Under the pieces are notes generated by a model. That model was given only the letters and a program-made list of their open reading frames with translations. It did no database searches and had not been told where the DNA came from. A DNA stretch of 64,000 nt from Zygnema circumcarinatum SAG 698-1b. Its lineage: Eukaryota > Plantae > Zygnematophyceae. Positions within the stretch are counted from its first letter, which is position 1. The number at the start of each line of letters is the position of its first letter. Positions 35,297 through 48,943 of the stretch are shown one piece after another. Location of the stretch: contig CM074808.1 in NCBI GenBank assembly GCA_037447605.1, positions 2,418,001 through 2,482,000 on the forward strand. Reading direction: 5' to 3'. The position numbers were made by a program, and so were the translations under genes.

Positions 35297-37410
35297 AAGG
35301 GATGATTGAAGGACAGATATATGCATGAAGAAGAGGTCAAAGGGAATAAGGAAAGGTGGAGAGAGATTGGGGAGTGGGGGGGGAGCCGAGAGAATGGAGG
35401 GGGTGGGACAGTGAGGGAAAAGGACACAGTGGAATACGATAGAGGGAGACAGATTGCGACAGATTAGTCGAGAACTTGAACAAAATAGCCTAAATCGACG
35501 GAGAACTGTAGACTTTGAACAGAGACGGAGCGCGAGCAGGAGGGGAGAGGGGTGTTGAGAGGCCATGACTCCTTTCCTGTACGGCTAGATGGATAGATTT
35601 TATGAACAGCAGGTGAAGGAATGGCCGTAAAATGGGGCCCATGGTGGCAAAGCCATGCCGGGGGCTGCCTGGGCATGGGGTTGCTGCAGAGATTGGCAGG
35701 GTTGCATGTCAAGGTGTAGTCTCAGGGGGGACAGGCTGTAGTGCTGTGCTTTAGTGTATCTCTTAAATGTATGAACTGTTGCTCTTGTAGACATTTAAGA
35801 CGACGGATTGACAAGCTAAAAATCTGTTGTTTATGGCTTGTTTCTTGAGTGGACGTAACTAATGTGAGAATTTTTGCATTAAGGTATATCTACCATTGCT
35901 AATACCTCCTCTATCTCCTTAGCATGGTGGATCCAGCGTCAGAGGAGATTAGTGATTGGTTAATTGAGAGTTCACAAAGTGGAGTGAAAGCGAGAGATTG
36001 ACAGGGAGTGACCAGCAGAGAAGGACCTTCAGAGGAGCATGGTCAGAAGGAGGCACGTGCGTGCGTGTTCGTGTGTGTCTGTGAAATAGCGGAAGCTCTA
36101 GAACGAGAGAGTGTGCGCGAGCGATAGCGAGGTGGGGGGAAAGCGCCTGTCCACCTCTCTGCATGCCTGCCGAGCTGACAGCATCCATAGTGCCCCCCTC
36201 CTCAACCTTTCTCACATACACACACACACACTCACTCTCTCTCCCTCTTTCTCTCTCTCTCCCTCTCTGCACAGAGCGGTCGCCCTCGCCGCGCTGCGCG
36301 CCGCGGACCTTGCGGCGCTGCACCTCCGCCGGTCGCTGTGCGCGCTCGCCGCCTTCCCGTCTTCGCCCTCGCCCTCGCCCCCGCCCCTCTCTGCAGCGGC
36401 TCCTACCAGCGTCGCCGCCATGGCCCTGCACCTCTCCCCGGAGGAGGGAGGCCACCAGTCCTCCCTCCCGTCCTCCAGCAACCCCTCTGCCTGCGCCTCC
36501 CTCTCCACCCCCCCCTCTGCCGACATCCTCTGGCACGCGCTCCAAGAGGCGGGCTTCCACGGCGTGCATCCGCGGGACCTTCTCGACTGCAGCTGCGCTT
36601 CCTGCGCGGGGGGCGGCCACTGGGACGACCGTCCGGACGGCGGCCATCGCAGCGGCCGCGAGCAGGACCGCGAGGTCGGGCCGTGCAGGGGCGGCAAAAC
36701 CCCGGACCAGGCGACGCCCCCGCCATGCGAACGGGAGCCGAGCTGCTCGCCACCTGTCACCTCCGGGATGGATACGCAGAGCTCTCAGATTTGGCGCCAG
36801 CTCCCGAGGGTTCAGTCTGAGTCGCCGCCCGCCACCTCCTCCCAGTGAGTTTCTGCATGCGTCCGTACGTCGCGCTTGAAAGGCGGGCCCACTTTGCTGC
36901 TTGCATGGGTGCTGACACGTGTCGATCTGCGCCGGTGACGGGGCAGACAAGGGAAGCGGCTACGGGAGCCTCCTGTGAGCCTTGGAGACGGTCACCACTG
37001 GCGGAAGTATGGCCGGAAGCGTCTCAAAGAAACGAACGCTGTTCGGTGGGTGAAACCGCAGAACCCTTCTTCTCTTATTGCCGTTCTTCCCACCTTCAAC
37101 CCTTCAAGCTTTGAAGCCGTCCCATCTTGGAATCTCACAGTCTCTTTCAACCGGCTGCCTGTGCAGGAGCTATTACCGGTGCTGCAAAAGGGAGGAGACA
37201 GGCTGCCTCACTAAGTTCTACTGCGACCAAGGAAACGACCAGAGCATTCTCGCCACCATTGTTTTCCAAGGGGAGCACAACCATTCCCCAGCGCAGACAT
37301 CTGAAAACCTTCCCTTGCCAGTCGCCGGCGTGCAGGGGGGGGAGTTCAGCCCCCACCTTGCGATAGAGAGTTTTCAGCAGCTGGAGCAGATGCTCATGTG
37401 GGACGATTGA
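34905..37410 (+). CDS. WRKY: WRKY transcription factor with an atypical domain (WRKYGRK; C-X7-C-X23-H-X-H), 4 exons
   Basis: Exons 34905-35173, 36275-36844, 36947-37045, 37167-37410, all phase-2 GT-AG. Domain: DGHHWRKYGRKRLKETNAVR|SYYRCCKREETGC...FQGEHNH, with the conserved R-type intron. Confidence 0.9.
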
Positions 37411-38914
37411 CAGAAGCCTCCTCACGCGTCGTGTACATGGGCGAGCGCCACTACTCACAATTCACGGCTTACGATGACGCTCGAAAGTGAGTTTGTGATG
37501 AATTTGTAGATATCGCCGTTGTGCTGCGATCACAAAATGCTATGAGGATGTGGCGGCTCCAGTGCCTTTTTTCTGCTGGAGAGCGTCTACAGAGAGGGCC
37601 ACTTGAGTGAAACCTTAACGCTTACAGGGGGCGTTGCTTCTGTTGGGACTTGCAGCACTCGTGCCCTTTTGCAACGTCGTTGGTCGCTTTGGCTGCACAA
37701 CGCTCCAAAGGATCGGTTTGAGGGACTTCGCCTAAGGCGCTGAGGGGGGATACCATGGAGGCCAGCCCGCGGCAATGCTCGGGAGCTGGGGGGGTGACAG
37801 TAGTAGCAGTGATGGATAATGGACCATTGATTTGGTAGGACTTAGAGAAAGCAAAGGCAGGATCGTTCCCACCACAGCGCGCTTTGTACATCCTGTCAGT
37901 TGCGCACTCCCGGCTTCATAGCGGCACCGTGTAAATTATCGTTTTAAACTTTTAGTGGAACGCTTCTTAATCTGTGGCTGGGGAATTCCCCAAGCGGAAA
38001 GATGGCTGCCCACAGTTTCCATGATGAACATGTCCTGGAATTGGAGCTTGATGCATCCACGAAATGTGGACATTGGAATGCCCCCCTCTTTGTGTCCCAT
38101 CCAGTCTAACCCCCCACAACGCGCAAAGCCTTCGAGCAAAGGACTGCCGTGAAGCCGACGTGTATGAACTACACAAACCATCGATTGTTTTGGTTGCCGC
38201 AATTTTGAAACGTAGTCAGAACGAACAGCTTGATATGTAAGCGAATTGAATCCATTTTTAATGTTGAAAAAATACATACTCTTACTTTCTGTTCACGTCA
38301 TTTTTTCTGGCCCACTGGTTATAAGTTTAATTCCGGATTGTCGGTAATAAAGCACGTCAGCTCTAAAACATCGTGAGTCTTACTGATCAAGAACTTTTTG
38401 TAAGTCTAACACCAAACCGAGCTCTGTGTATATCGGGATCCGTCTGCAAACGGGTACTTTCGGCAACTTTTCGTACTATTTTGTGAAGTTTGGCACCCTA
38501 ATACAGGGCCGAAACCAGGTGGAGTCGCGCGAGTGGATGAATGAGTCGAAGCATTTGGACAATTGAAAGGCAGGTTCAAACATTCAACGGAAAATAATTC
38601 CAGAGCTTCAAGTTCAAACATAATATTGGGTCATTTTGAACGATTCGAAATGATGGAATTTGTACGATTCGTCTCAGTTTTCCAAACCCTCCACTCAAAG
38701 GCTCGCACCTTGTCTCATGGAGGCAACGCCGCACCGGAGCTTCACGTTCTTGGAAATCGTTCCTGTCATGTGCTAATCTGATCTGAACTGGAACTGGACT
38801 AAAAACGAGCGGAACTGGACTGAATAGCAGGCCACGAGCAGAGGTCGCATCAAACTTTCTGATGGGCATAGTGTCTTCCAGCATCTGCTGCTCTTCAGTG
38901 TCAGGGAGGAAGGT

Positions 38915-38945
38915 GGGTTTTTAGGGTTTTTAGGGTTTTTAGGGT
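38915..38945. promoter_or_regulatory. Telo-box-like triplet (GGGTTTTTA)3
   Basis: gggtttttagggtttttagggtttttagggt, which reads AAACCCTA x3 on the minus strand. Confidence 0.5.
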
Positions 38946-39381
38946 AAAAAGGCAGGGAACAGATTCTACACCCCCTACGAGGACCTCTGCCCTCACAGGA
39001 CTGCCGTCCTTGTGCATGGACTAAAAAACAACGGCACGGCTGGCAGGACTTTCAAGGACACTCCGATGAACAGATAATAAACAAAAACTGTTCAACAGCA
39101 TGAAAAAAAAACGAAAACGAGTCAGCCCTCACCTCCATTCCATTGCTGGCTCAAAGAGATTGGCACCGCTGTGAACAACGAAGAGATATCTCACGCTTTA
39201 CACTTTACAGATAGCGGTGAGGCCATCCATCACAAGAAGCAAGGGAGAAGGGAAAGAGTGACCCCTCTCTAAGAAAGGCCATCACTCTACAGAACTGAAT
39301 ACCTGCTCTCACCAAGATCTGAGTTGCTACTGTAGCCACTCCCTCCCCCCCTCTTCCTCCATCCTTTTTCTTGAATCGCAT

Positions 39382-42300
39382 CTATTCTCTCATATGCCTA
39401 GAGTCATCCTCTTGCACGTCACCCGCTACATCCACAGCGGTCCCCTCCGCTCCCGAATAAAGCTGTTCTATGGCAGCATTGCAGAAGAAGCAGCGACTGC
39501 TGTTCAGCAGATGTCGGGAGATGCACCGCCGGCAGGATTGGTGTTTGCAGGGCAAAAACGAGGTGTCGAGTTCACTGGCGTAACAAATGCTGCACAGCTC
39601 CGCCTCTTCTTGGCTTCCTGCTCTCCAACCGCCCCCAGAAGCAATTCACTATGAAAACTGCACCAAGCATGCACAACTGGGTCGCAAACGAGGTGCGAGT
39701 GCCCCTGCGTTCAAGTTAAGCGAAACTTCTGCAGTGAACTGGTCAAGTTCCACCATTTATCTAGTGAAGAGACATTTCAGATGCAGCCATCCGTAGCCAG
39801 TTTCTCATACCTTGATTGTCACGGGCAGCCTCCGCCCGTCTCTCATCCTCCTGCGCCGCCAACCTCACCGCTTCTACCTCCGTCTCAAACCGCTTCACAA
39901 GCGCCTTCAGCTCTGGCAGGCGAGCGAGAGAGGGGTCTCCCTTGAAGGCATCCGCCTGGCCCCCAAGCAATATCCCACCATCCTTTAGTTTTCATTTCTA
40001 TCAACAGTTTCCAAAACCATGCAATGCCTGTCTCGAAATACGGATGACAATGCTTCAATTGATGTTCCCAAGCTGTATGTAACTTGAAAGCTACCACACA
40101 AGCAGCAGCGAGGAGGGAAAGTGAAACTTACCCAGTTGTAGTCCAGAAGGTAAGCAAAGTTGGCCAGGCACTGAGGAGAGGAGTCCACATGTGCGAGGGC
40201 CTTAGCAATGTCCCATCGCATGCCGGGCCGGTTGCCCTCGCCAGCATTCGCCAGGTTGATGATGATGCCCACAAGGGGGCCTAAGATAGCGGACCTGTTC
40301 AGTTTGTCAGCGGCCGACCCATGGAGCCTTTGTGCAGTGCACAAGGATTCACAGGAAAGTTCAAAAGGAAGTCAGCAACACATGACAGAGCAGAATTTCA
40401 CAAAGCTACACCTGCAAGGCCCTGTTGCCAACACTTGATGAAGAAAAATTGCGTCAAATACAAAGAAGTAGAAACTTAGGGTTTATCAGGCCGAGCAGCA
40501 CAGTTGCACTGGAAATGTGCAGCAATCCCGGTTGCGTATGCGCACCTGTCAAAAAGGCCGGCATCCGGGCCTGATGTGGCATGGCTCAACACAAAGAGCA
40601 GCAGCTCGCAAAGACGAGTCAAATTCATTTCTGGCCCGTGAAGGAACACGTGTGGCAGCTGTACGGCCAGAAACTCCAAAATACGCAAAAGGTTACAGGA
40701 AAGCTCGTACATGATCCCACATTTCCGCTGCTGCAGGTCCGGAACCTGCACAATTTCATGGCTGTGGTTAGGTAGTACGGAAACATCTTCATACACGAGT
40801 CAGACAACACTCACGTCTGGAAAGCCCACAGTGAATGAGCGGAAAGGCCTGCACCTGATGCCGCTCCATGGCATCCTGCATCTCCTTCACTGCCACAGAA
40901 AACTCCGTCACCGTCCAGTTTAGAGTATTGAAGAGGCGATTCACAAAGGTCCCAAGCAGATCAGAATCCTCCATGCACTTTCGTCTCAGAAGTTCCTGCA
41001 GACGTAGCCCCTCAAAAGGAGAGGAAGGGAGGAAGGGTGAAGAGAGGGGGGAGACGGGGAGAGGAGAGAAAGGAAAAAATTGTCTGGTAAGTTTGCGGGG
41101 AAAAGGTAGCATGCCACTCGTACTTCATGACTGGCCCCAGCTCCGTGATGATTCTCCCTTGATTTTTCCATCCTCCATCATTGCTTCAGCATCATCATAA
41201 CAGCACCAACAACAGCATGAATATAAACAAAATAACCGATATAGTTTACATGCAAAACTGTACGAGAGTCACAAACAACACCAACATCACCAACTGTTAC
41301 GACATCTGCCATACACTCAGACTACAACCCACTTTTCATGCATTCTCTACGACAGATCTTTCCAAAGGAATGCACTTTTTAACTGATCCATGAGTCGCTG
41401 CAACTTTTGAAGTGATCTAACTAGAAAACATGGAGAAGTGGCGACACCATCAGGCCAATGCAGGAATAGGGCTAAGAAAGCAGCAGCATCAGACTGAGCA
41501 AAAAGCATCTGTGAACTGAAGAAGCATTGCCCTGGCAAGCTGCCAACCTGGAATACGGTTGAAGCACATTCTGTCCCAGCTGGCCCGTTCACTGCAGGCC
41601 GGGCAGTTCCTCCAAAGGTAGCCCCCTTACAAAGACGCAACAAAATATGCGAAACCGGAATCCAGAAACGGTTGTCAAAGGCTGTCAGGAGTGCTGCCGG
41701 GAGCTTTTCCCTCGCAGCCTCATTCTGTTCAAATGCTGCGACGTATTCCCGGTATTGCAGAAGGACAGAAATAGACTGCAAGAGAACGTCACGGACGTCC
41801 GGATTGGCGATCCGTGAATCGTTGAAATGTGTAACGAGGAACGTGACCTGCTCTCCCACCCAACAGGCAGCTGCATCGCTCAATGAAAGAATCAGGTTTC
41901 ACTGCTAATACGACGTTGTTCTTCCCACAGAGACAAGGGCCCTAAAAGAATGGCAAGTACTAAGTGACGAAGCGCCATGCAGGGAAAAAAGGGTACAGGG
42001 GATGACAACACTAAAAGACAAAAAGCTACGACTACAATGATGATAAAGGAGGGTAAAGTGGGAAGGAACCATAGAGAACGATTATAACCTAAAACAGACC
42101 TGTCAAAATGCAGAAGTGAATACACAACTTGGGATGCACTATAGAAAACTCCTCATGCTCAATTACTAAGGGAAGGCGCCAAGGTTGGTGAAAAGTGGAA
42201 TGCACAGAATTTTACCAGAGAAGACAGACCGCGCTGAAGCAGAATCGCCGCTGGAGCAAATGGAGGGTCACTTCTTCGAAGAGCATGGAAAGAGTCCACC

Positions 42301-45300
42301 TGGAGACCCCAAACAGAAGTAGAAAATGAAATGAGTGCGTGTCCTACAACAGGGATGTTTGCTTCACATAATACCCCTCAAAACGCACGTAGGTAGCGTC
42401 AGTGAAGCATCGCGGTGTCAAAATTGGAATCAGTATGCAACTTATGGTAGCTGTAGAGGATCATTGATGGTTACATTCCATCCTCACGCTCACACAGTAT
42501 AGAGATCGAGTGGCAAACTAATCACTGGTTCCTTTTGCAATATCAACCACCATCCAGAGGGCAACCAATCCCGACTTGAACTTCCCTCCTCTGAAATCTA
42601 ACCTATGGCAGATAGGCAAGACATTACTCAAGATAGCCTGCTTATTACATGCCTTTCCTAGTGCTACGGTCCCCTGATCCAGAACATGTTTGCAGGCCGA
42701 CGTTACACATGCGAGAAGCACAACGACAGAAAAAGGCTGAGCGGTGGAGAGGTGCTCAGGCATAAACCACTCCATACAAGCCTCTACCAACGTGGTCGCA
42801 ATGTCCATTTAGCAAAGTCTATTTTAAGCTACATACATTCTTCCAAAACCAGATTATGAAGTCAGTCTCTTCGCTGAGATCAACGCACTGCAAAATTTCC
42901 TTTACATTCATTAAATTACTTGAAATTCCAGGATTCCATTTTATTTTTATCAATCCGCTGATCTTAGAATGGGAGCCGTTGACAGGTTTTCCACCTTCGT
43001 ACTGGACTGCAAATCAGTCCTGTGATACTGTATTTCGGATGCGCTGGAGAAACCAACTGTTAATTTATCCATAGACTTGAACAGATGACAACTAGAGACC
43101 AACGAACTGATTATATTGCTGTTCCAAAAAATAAGAACTGTTTGTGCAAAGAAGGATCCGTGATCCACTTACCAGAGTCTCCACGTAAAATTCTGGAACA
43201 TAACTGAAGAGAACTCCGCGACGGCTGGTGGCCAAGAGCAGCTGCACAATCCACCCACAGCTTGCATAGATGCCCTCTTGCTTCCATTTCGAAAACAGCG
43301 CAACTCTATACCTGTCAAAAACAAATGCATGATAGCATTAGCTCAGCAGAACAGATGCATCCATATCACGACGAACTGCGCGAAACACAAAAAAAGGGGG
43401 AGTGAAAAGTGAGTGGACAATGGAACAGATTATTCTAAAGGCAACATCGGAAAACCAGGTGTGGCTAGTTTCTGGACTTCAACTCCGGACATTCAAGAAT
43501 AGCTATATTGGCCAGATTTCGCCTTTCTGCGAACTTGCGGGGGACTAGCCGTATGTTGACGCCGCCTGCGATGATGAGCGTCCTACTCAATATTGCTACA
43601 ATGTCTGAGGGAGACGCATACTAGAACGACAAAATTCACGACTTCCTAACATGCGGTTGCCCTAAATTGTCTTTGAAACAAACATTAGTCCCAAAGTGTT
43701 CCAAGTTTCTGGACCTAAGTACATCAAGCCGACAGCTACTCGAAGCAAAAAAATTTTGCTCTGAAGCCAGGGTATATCCTTGTTATATGATTTAGATGGA
43801 AAAGCCCTTGCGTTCAACTTAAAATACGCAGTACACATTTTGATGCCTCGTTTTTGTCAGTTGACTACCAGCTTGCTCCTACACATGGCAGAGGTGGCCT
43901 ACCATGCGGCATGCCGAACGTGGCCCATAACTTCCTCCTTGCACAGACTCCGTTTCTCTCTCAGTTGACGAACTTGCTCACTAGATAAAACCCCACTTGA
44001 CCGAATCTTCCTGTCTGCCTCCTCCAGCTGGTTGATTGATTGCACCTGCCATTGCAAATGGAGCGAGGCCTGCCCTTCCCAGATACAAACGCATGCAACC
44101 CGGTAGATACTTCAATTCACAGTCATCAAATACCATCTAAGCTTGCATTGGAGTAAAGTAACTCCACCAATTAGCACGCAGGCGTTAGAAATCCAGACCA
44201 CCCTTGCCAGCCATGTCGACAAGCCTCTTCCCAGAAAAGATCAAACAACACAATGATCACTACGCAAACCAGGTCCATACCAGACCTGAGAGGCTCTAAA
44301 CTACAACCATTTGCACCATGCGCAAGGACCATCCTTAAACGGCGAACAACTGGAAAGCAAGTAGCCAATACCCAAGCATGTATCTTTCAATCTTTGACAC
44401 AATAGCTGCAGTTCTCTGCGGATAAGAACTTCCTGCAGCGGTGTCCCTGCTCCACCGAAATCTCACCTGCTTAAAATTAAATGCCACACCTAGGTGGTAC
44501 AGGAGAACCAGCATATCCGCCAGCTCCTCCTCTATAGGTCCCAGAGTCCCTGCCCTTGCTTGCCCTGGCCCTATCCATCTATCTGTCCTCCCTGAACTTG
44601 TGGCAGCTCCCCCAAATTGATGCCGCTCCCTGCTACTTGTCTCTCCTTGGTCACCAACAGAGCTTTCAACACCATAACCACAGCTAAAGCTGCTATCACT
44701 GCTGGTCCTTCCTGACCCTTCGGGAGCCGCGGTGTTTGCTTGCAACCTGGGGTCAGAAGCCCTTCCTAAGAGTGATTGTGACTGATTCATTTCTTGCTGA
44801 TTTGACCCACCCACAACTTCATCATCATCCCATCGGACATCCTCATAGTTTTGAGGAAAGCTAATAGGTGAAGCCTTCGACAAGTGACTGAATGTTCCTC
44901 CTAGTCTAGGGAGTTCCATATACTCTGTGTCCGATCTCAAAAATAGCAAAACAGGAAATCTTCTGGGGCCACCCCGATGAAAATACCCAACACCGCTTCT
45001 GTCCACCCAATCGACTCCCGGTTGTTTAACAGGCTCGGTAAGGCCTTCTGAAAGCATTCGCAAAAGGACAAAAAAAGCGGACACAAGGACAGAGTTGTCA
45101 GATAGACCAGGAGGCGGCACATTTCGATTCGCTCCTCGGTTTCTTCGAATGAGATGGTGGAGGAAGGCACCAAATACTCCCCCGTGGTCTACGGAGGGAG
45201 TGCCAGCGACCCATGGTGAGCCAGCAGGATGAGGAGGGACATAGGCTAACAAGCGGCGACACAGCGTAACTTGGAGCTCGTCCACCTGCGCATCTCCAAA

Positions 45301-47351
45301 ATGCGCCACTAGTTCAGCTAACGTGTTGGAAACCGAGGCCAGGGGTTCAAAGCCTGATGCTGGGCAGTATCCATGCTTGTGACTATTGCCAAACATCTGA
45401 CAGTAAGCTATATACCATACGTGCTACTGTTTACTTCTCAGTAAGTCCAAAATGTAGACACAAATGACGAAGTTAAGAAGTCAATGTTGCAAGCGCCCAG
45501 CGACTCTTGGTCAGTATTCCAAGGACTCATCAATTCTATGAAGTTACAAACTACATGACAACCTGTGCATATCAGTTTAAGCTTCTAACATATGTAAGAG
45601 AAGAATGCCAAGACCTGTTAATTGAAAAAGAAAGGAGGGTGCTGTACCATAGCAATTGCGGAAGAGAGGGCTTGAAAGGCCTGCTTCATCCGAATCTCTG
45701 AGCACGATTCCTCCCGACAGCTCGGCCACCAAACTACCGGTAAGAGCTCCTCCAAATCATTTTTGTTTGGAGCCTTCCTAGACAATAGGCCCTCCATGGT
45801 GCTCTCAAAATTGTATGAAGTCCACCAAATTTGCAATACTTCCTTCCGTTCTACAAGACAGCAGGCTAAAGCAAGGTACGGATATGCCCCAGAGGATGAG
45901 TATAATCCTGGCTGGTACCTAGCTGTTCGACATTTGTAGGCAAGAGCCTCCATTAAAACAGAAACTACACCTTCTATCTCATGCTGCTCCAGACATACCA
46001 GCAAAAGGTCCAACGCAAGCCGCAAGCTATCCACATCATGAGGTGGAGTGTACCGATGTACCTCCAACAAAAATGGCAGTAAAGCTGCCCACACAACATA
46101 GCCACCTTGTGCCCGAATACCTTCTGGAGCCAAACCTGGAATACTAGGCGTAGGCAAGCCTCCTGCCAAAAGTAGAGGCCCTAGATGGTTGCATAACGTG
46201 GATGCCACAAAAACCTGCTCATCAACTCTGAGGGAGTTTGGTCGGCGTAGTCTGTCGGTGGTAGCCATTGAAGAAGCACTGGAATCTGAACTATTGAGCT
46301 GTACCAATCGCTGGAGGCACCCTAGTAGATAATGCGCCCTCTGCGTTGCACTCTGATGTTGACATGGTGATTGCTCAGGTTCATCAACTCCACGGCTGAC
46401 TCCTGGTACTTGCGTGTCAGCATGTCTCCATACGCAGGGAGGGGCTTGAAAGGGAAGAAAGCCACACACAGGGTGCTGAAAAGGACGAGCACCAAAATTG
46501 AGTTCACACCGTTCTCCATGAGAAAGGGAGAGGGCGGGAAAATAGCCAAGGCCAGGTAGTAATCTGCGGACCCCCGTGAAGGCAATACCCAAAGATACTC
46601 CATTCCTTAAGAAAGATATCTCTCCTTCGTCCAAATCTATACAACAGCCGATCACGTCTCCCGGCATCCATGCCTGACCGTACTCCTGGTATTTTCCGTT
46701 CCATTTCCAGATTCTCTTCCCGTCGATGGCGTATGAGTCAGGGGCATCGCCTACACCTTCTTCATTTGTGAAGGGACACTGTAGAGTTGCCCATCCTAGC
46801 TGCTGAATGCCAGCTGTACTCAAAGTAGCTTCATACATCCACCGTCCTTTAACCACACAAGCGTTTGCTCGTGCACTACTAAAATTGCTTACGCTTTCAA
46901 GCACCAAACATGCAGAATCGAATAATATCTCATTTGACATACTCGCTCGCTGCATCTGAACTACAGGAGGCCCAACTTTTCCAGCGGCTAACAAGTCATC
47001 CTGGCAAACAGAATCTTCTCCTTGACCCTCCGAACAAAGAACATCAAGCCGTAGCTGCAAGTACTGGGACACGGCGTCCAGGTCAATAACGCCATTGTGC
47101 GTCAAGGGAAGGCCAGATGGAGATGCGGAATTAAGGTTTGCATCAAGGATGTAAGCCAATGTGCGTTGCACCTCCGCCTCGCTGGAAAGTTCAGGCGCCA
47201 CGGGCGATGTCGCCATCATTACCATGGATGCAAGATGGAGAGTGGACTGGTCGGGGCTGTCGAGCAATAGCGCCAAGCCTTCCTTGGGCTTGGACGGCCC
47301 GTCGTCATCGTCTTGCTCCTGCCACGGGGAGACGACCTTGGGCTTCGTCAT
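39382..47351 (-). CDS. RKP: E3 ubiquitin-protein ligase RKP (KPC1/RNF123-like; SPRY domain + C-terminal RING)
   Basis: Exon 1 (47351-45648) has the SPRY domain: SSARANACV.KGRWMYEATL.TAGIQQLGWAT..GDVIGCCIDL. Exon 2 is 45396-44467. Internal exons include YVPEFYVETL|VDSFHALRRSDPP and DPVYIFCQR-position motifs such as CGIMYELSCNLLRILEF. The final exon (39617-39382) has the RING CSICYASELDTSFLPCKHQSCRRCISRHLLNSSRCFFC. Confidence 0.95.
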
Positions 47352-47491
47352 GCGAGATTAAGCGGCGTCGTGCTCCAGCTGAGCAGCTGGCTGAGGTCTT
47401 CTCGTCCGGGATCGCGCAGCGGCGGAATTGAATTACGAGGGCGAGGCAGGTGCGCAGGCGCAGTGGCGGAGGGCGAAGGGCGCGGGTAGGC

Positions 47492-47492
<1 letters not shown>

Positions 47493-47532
<40 letters not shown>

Positions 47533-47547
47533 CTCGTGCTCGTGCTC
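47493..47547. repeat. (CGTGTT/CGTGCT)n hexanucleotide repeat in the RKP 5' leader region
   Basis: About 9 units, directly visible. Confidence 0.85.
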
Positions 47548-48330
47548 CTAGCTCTAAGGAGTAAGTAGAAGTCTGCTGCAGGTCGGCGGGCCTCGCCTCG
47601 GAGCCTGCACTCGGCACTCCGCCTTCCGCTCCGTTCCACTCCGCTCACTCCGCAGGCTGCAGCAGCAGCAGACTGCAGGCCGCTGCGCGCGGGACCTGCC
47701 CACCCTGCCTGCCTCCCCGCCCGCCCGCCCAAACGCGCAACGCCCGCAGGGAACAGCGCCCCCGTCCCGCCCCCCGCCAGGCGCCACGCGGCGCTGCGCT
47801 GCCTGCCGGCCGGGGGGGGCTGTACAGTACGTACGGCGGTGGTACGGACCCGGCCGTCGCCCCGCGGCGATGGAACTAGGGAAGGGCGGGAAGGGAAGGG
47901 GAGGGGCCGCGCCAAGGAGAGCATGTCACGTACTTTCTTGCGTGCGCACTGCGAGGGACGCACGCGGACATGCACATGCATGCCTCTGTCCAACTCATTG
48001 CGCACTCCTCCCCTTGCCAATGACCGATAAGCGGGCATGCGAAAGTAAGAACCACGCCGACTGACTGCTCCGTATGCTGTTGAACAAGACTACATGACTG
48101 ATCACATCAGTGCCATCACTCGAACGGTTTTGATTTCTTCATAAGTAGTCTTTCTTTGTAGTTGTAATGGTGCTGGTGGCCGTTGTTGTTTTGTTCGAAA
48201 CTCTCCCTCCCCATGAGTTTCTTATTTCTTAAAATGCCGAACGAGCCCATGAAAGCGCAAAGCTCTCGGTTGCTCGTTGTCGCACAGCTCATTGCCACCT
48301 GTCCCTAGCACGCTACCGTACGCGCTAAAG

Positions 48331-48544
48331 CCAAGCCAAGCCAAGCCAAGCCAAGCCAAGCCAAGCCAAGCCAAGCCAAGCCAAGCCAAGCCAAGCCAAG
48401 CCAAGCCAAGCCAAGCCAAGCCAAGCCAAGCCAAGCCAAGCCAAGCCAAGCCAAGCCAAGCCAAGTCAAGCCAAGCCAAGCCAAGCCAAGCCAAGCCAGG
48501 CCAGGCCAGGCCAGGCCAGGCCAGGCCAGGCCAAGCCAGGCCAG
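48331..48544 (+). repeat. Compound pentamer array (CCAAG)33 -> (CCAGG)~8 between the divergent RKP and F-box genes
   Basis: 33 CCAAG units (one TCAAG variant) at 48331-48495, then CCAGG x7, CCAAG, CCAGG. Confidence 0.95.
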
Positions 48545-48943
48545 TGCCAGCCCTTCCCTCGGCGGCAGCGCATTCAATGAAGACGCGCCGCGGCCTTCCT
48601 CCCTCCCTCCCTCCCTGTACGTCCAGCCGTACGGCCGAAGCAGGTATCCGGCGTCCGTACCCGGTCCCTCAGCCGCTCCGATCTCCCCGTAACACGTGCC
48701 GAGAAGCCATCGGACGGCGCGCGGCGGCCCCTCTCCGCGAGCGCGGAAATGCGCGCGACGTGCGGCTTTCAGGTTTCGTCCAAACTCCAAACTCAAACTT
48801 TTGATTTTGAGGGCGAGGGAGGGAGGGGAGCAAGGAGCGAGCGAGCGAGGAAGGGAGGGAGGGAGGGAGCGGCCCCAAATTCAAACTGCGCTGCTGTCTG
48901 CCTGCCCGCGCTCCTCCTATTTCAGGGCGCCTCGGCACGACGC

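Noticed and set aside
43565-43620. ATGATGA...CTGA on the plus strand inside an RKP intron
   Set aside because: It is antisense to the host transcript, and the boxes are only ~35 nt apart.
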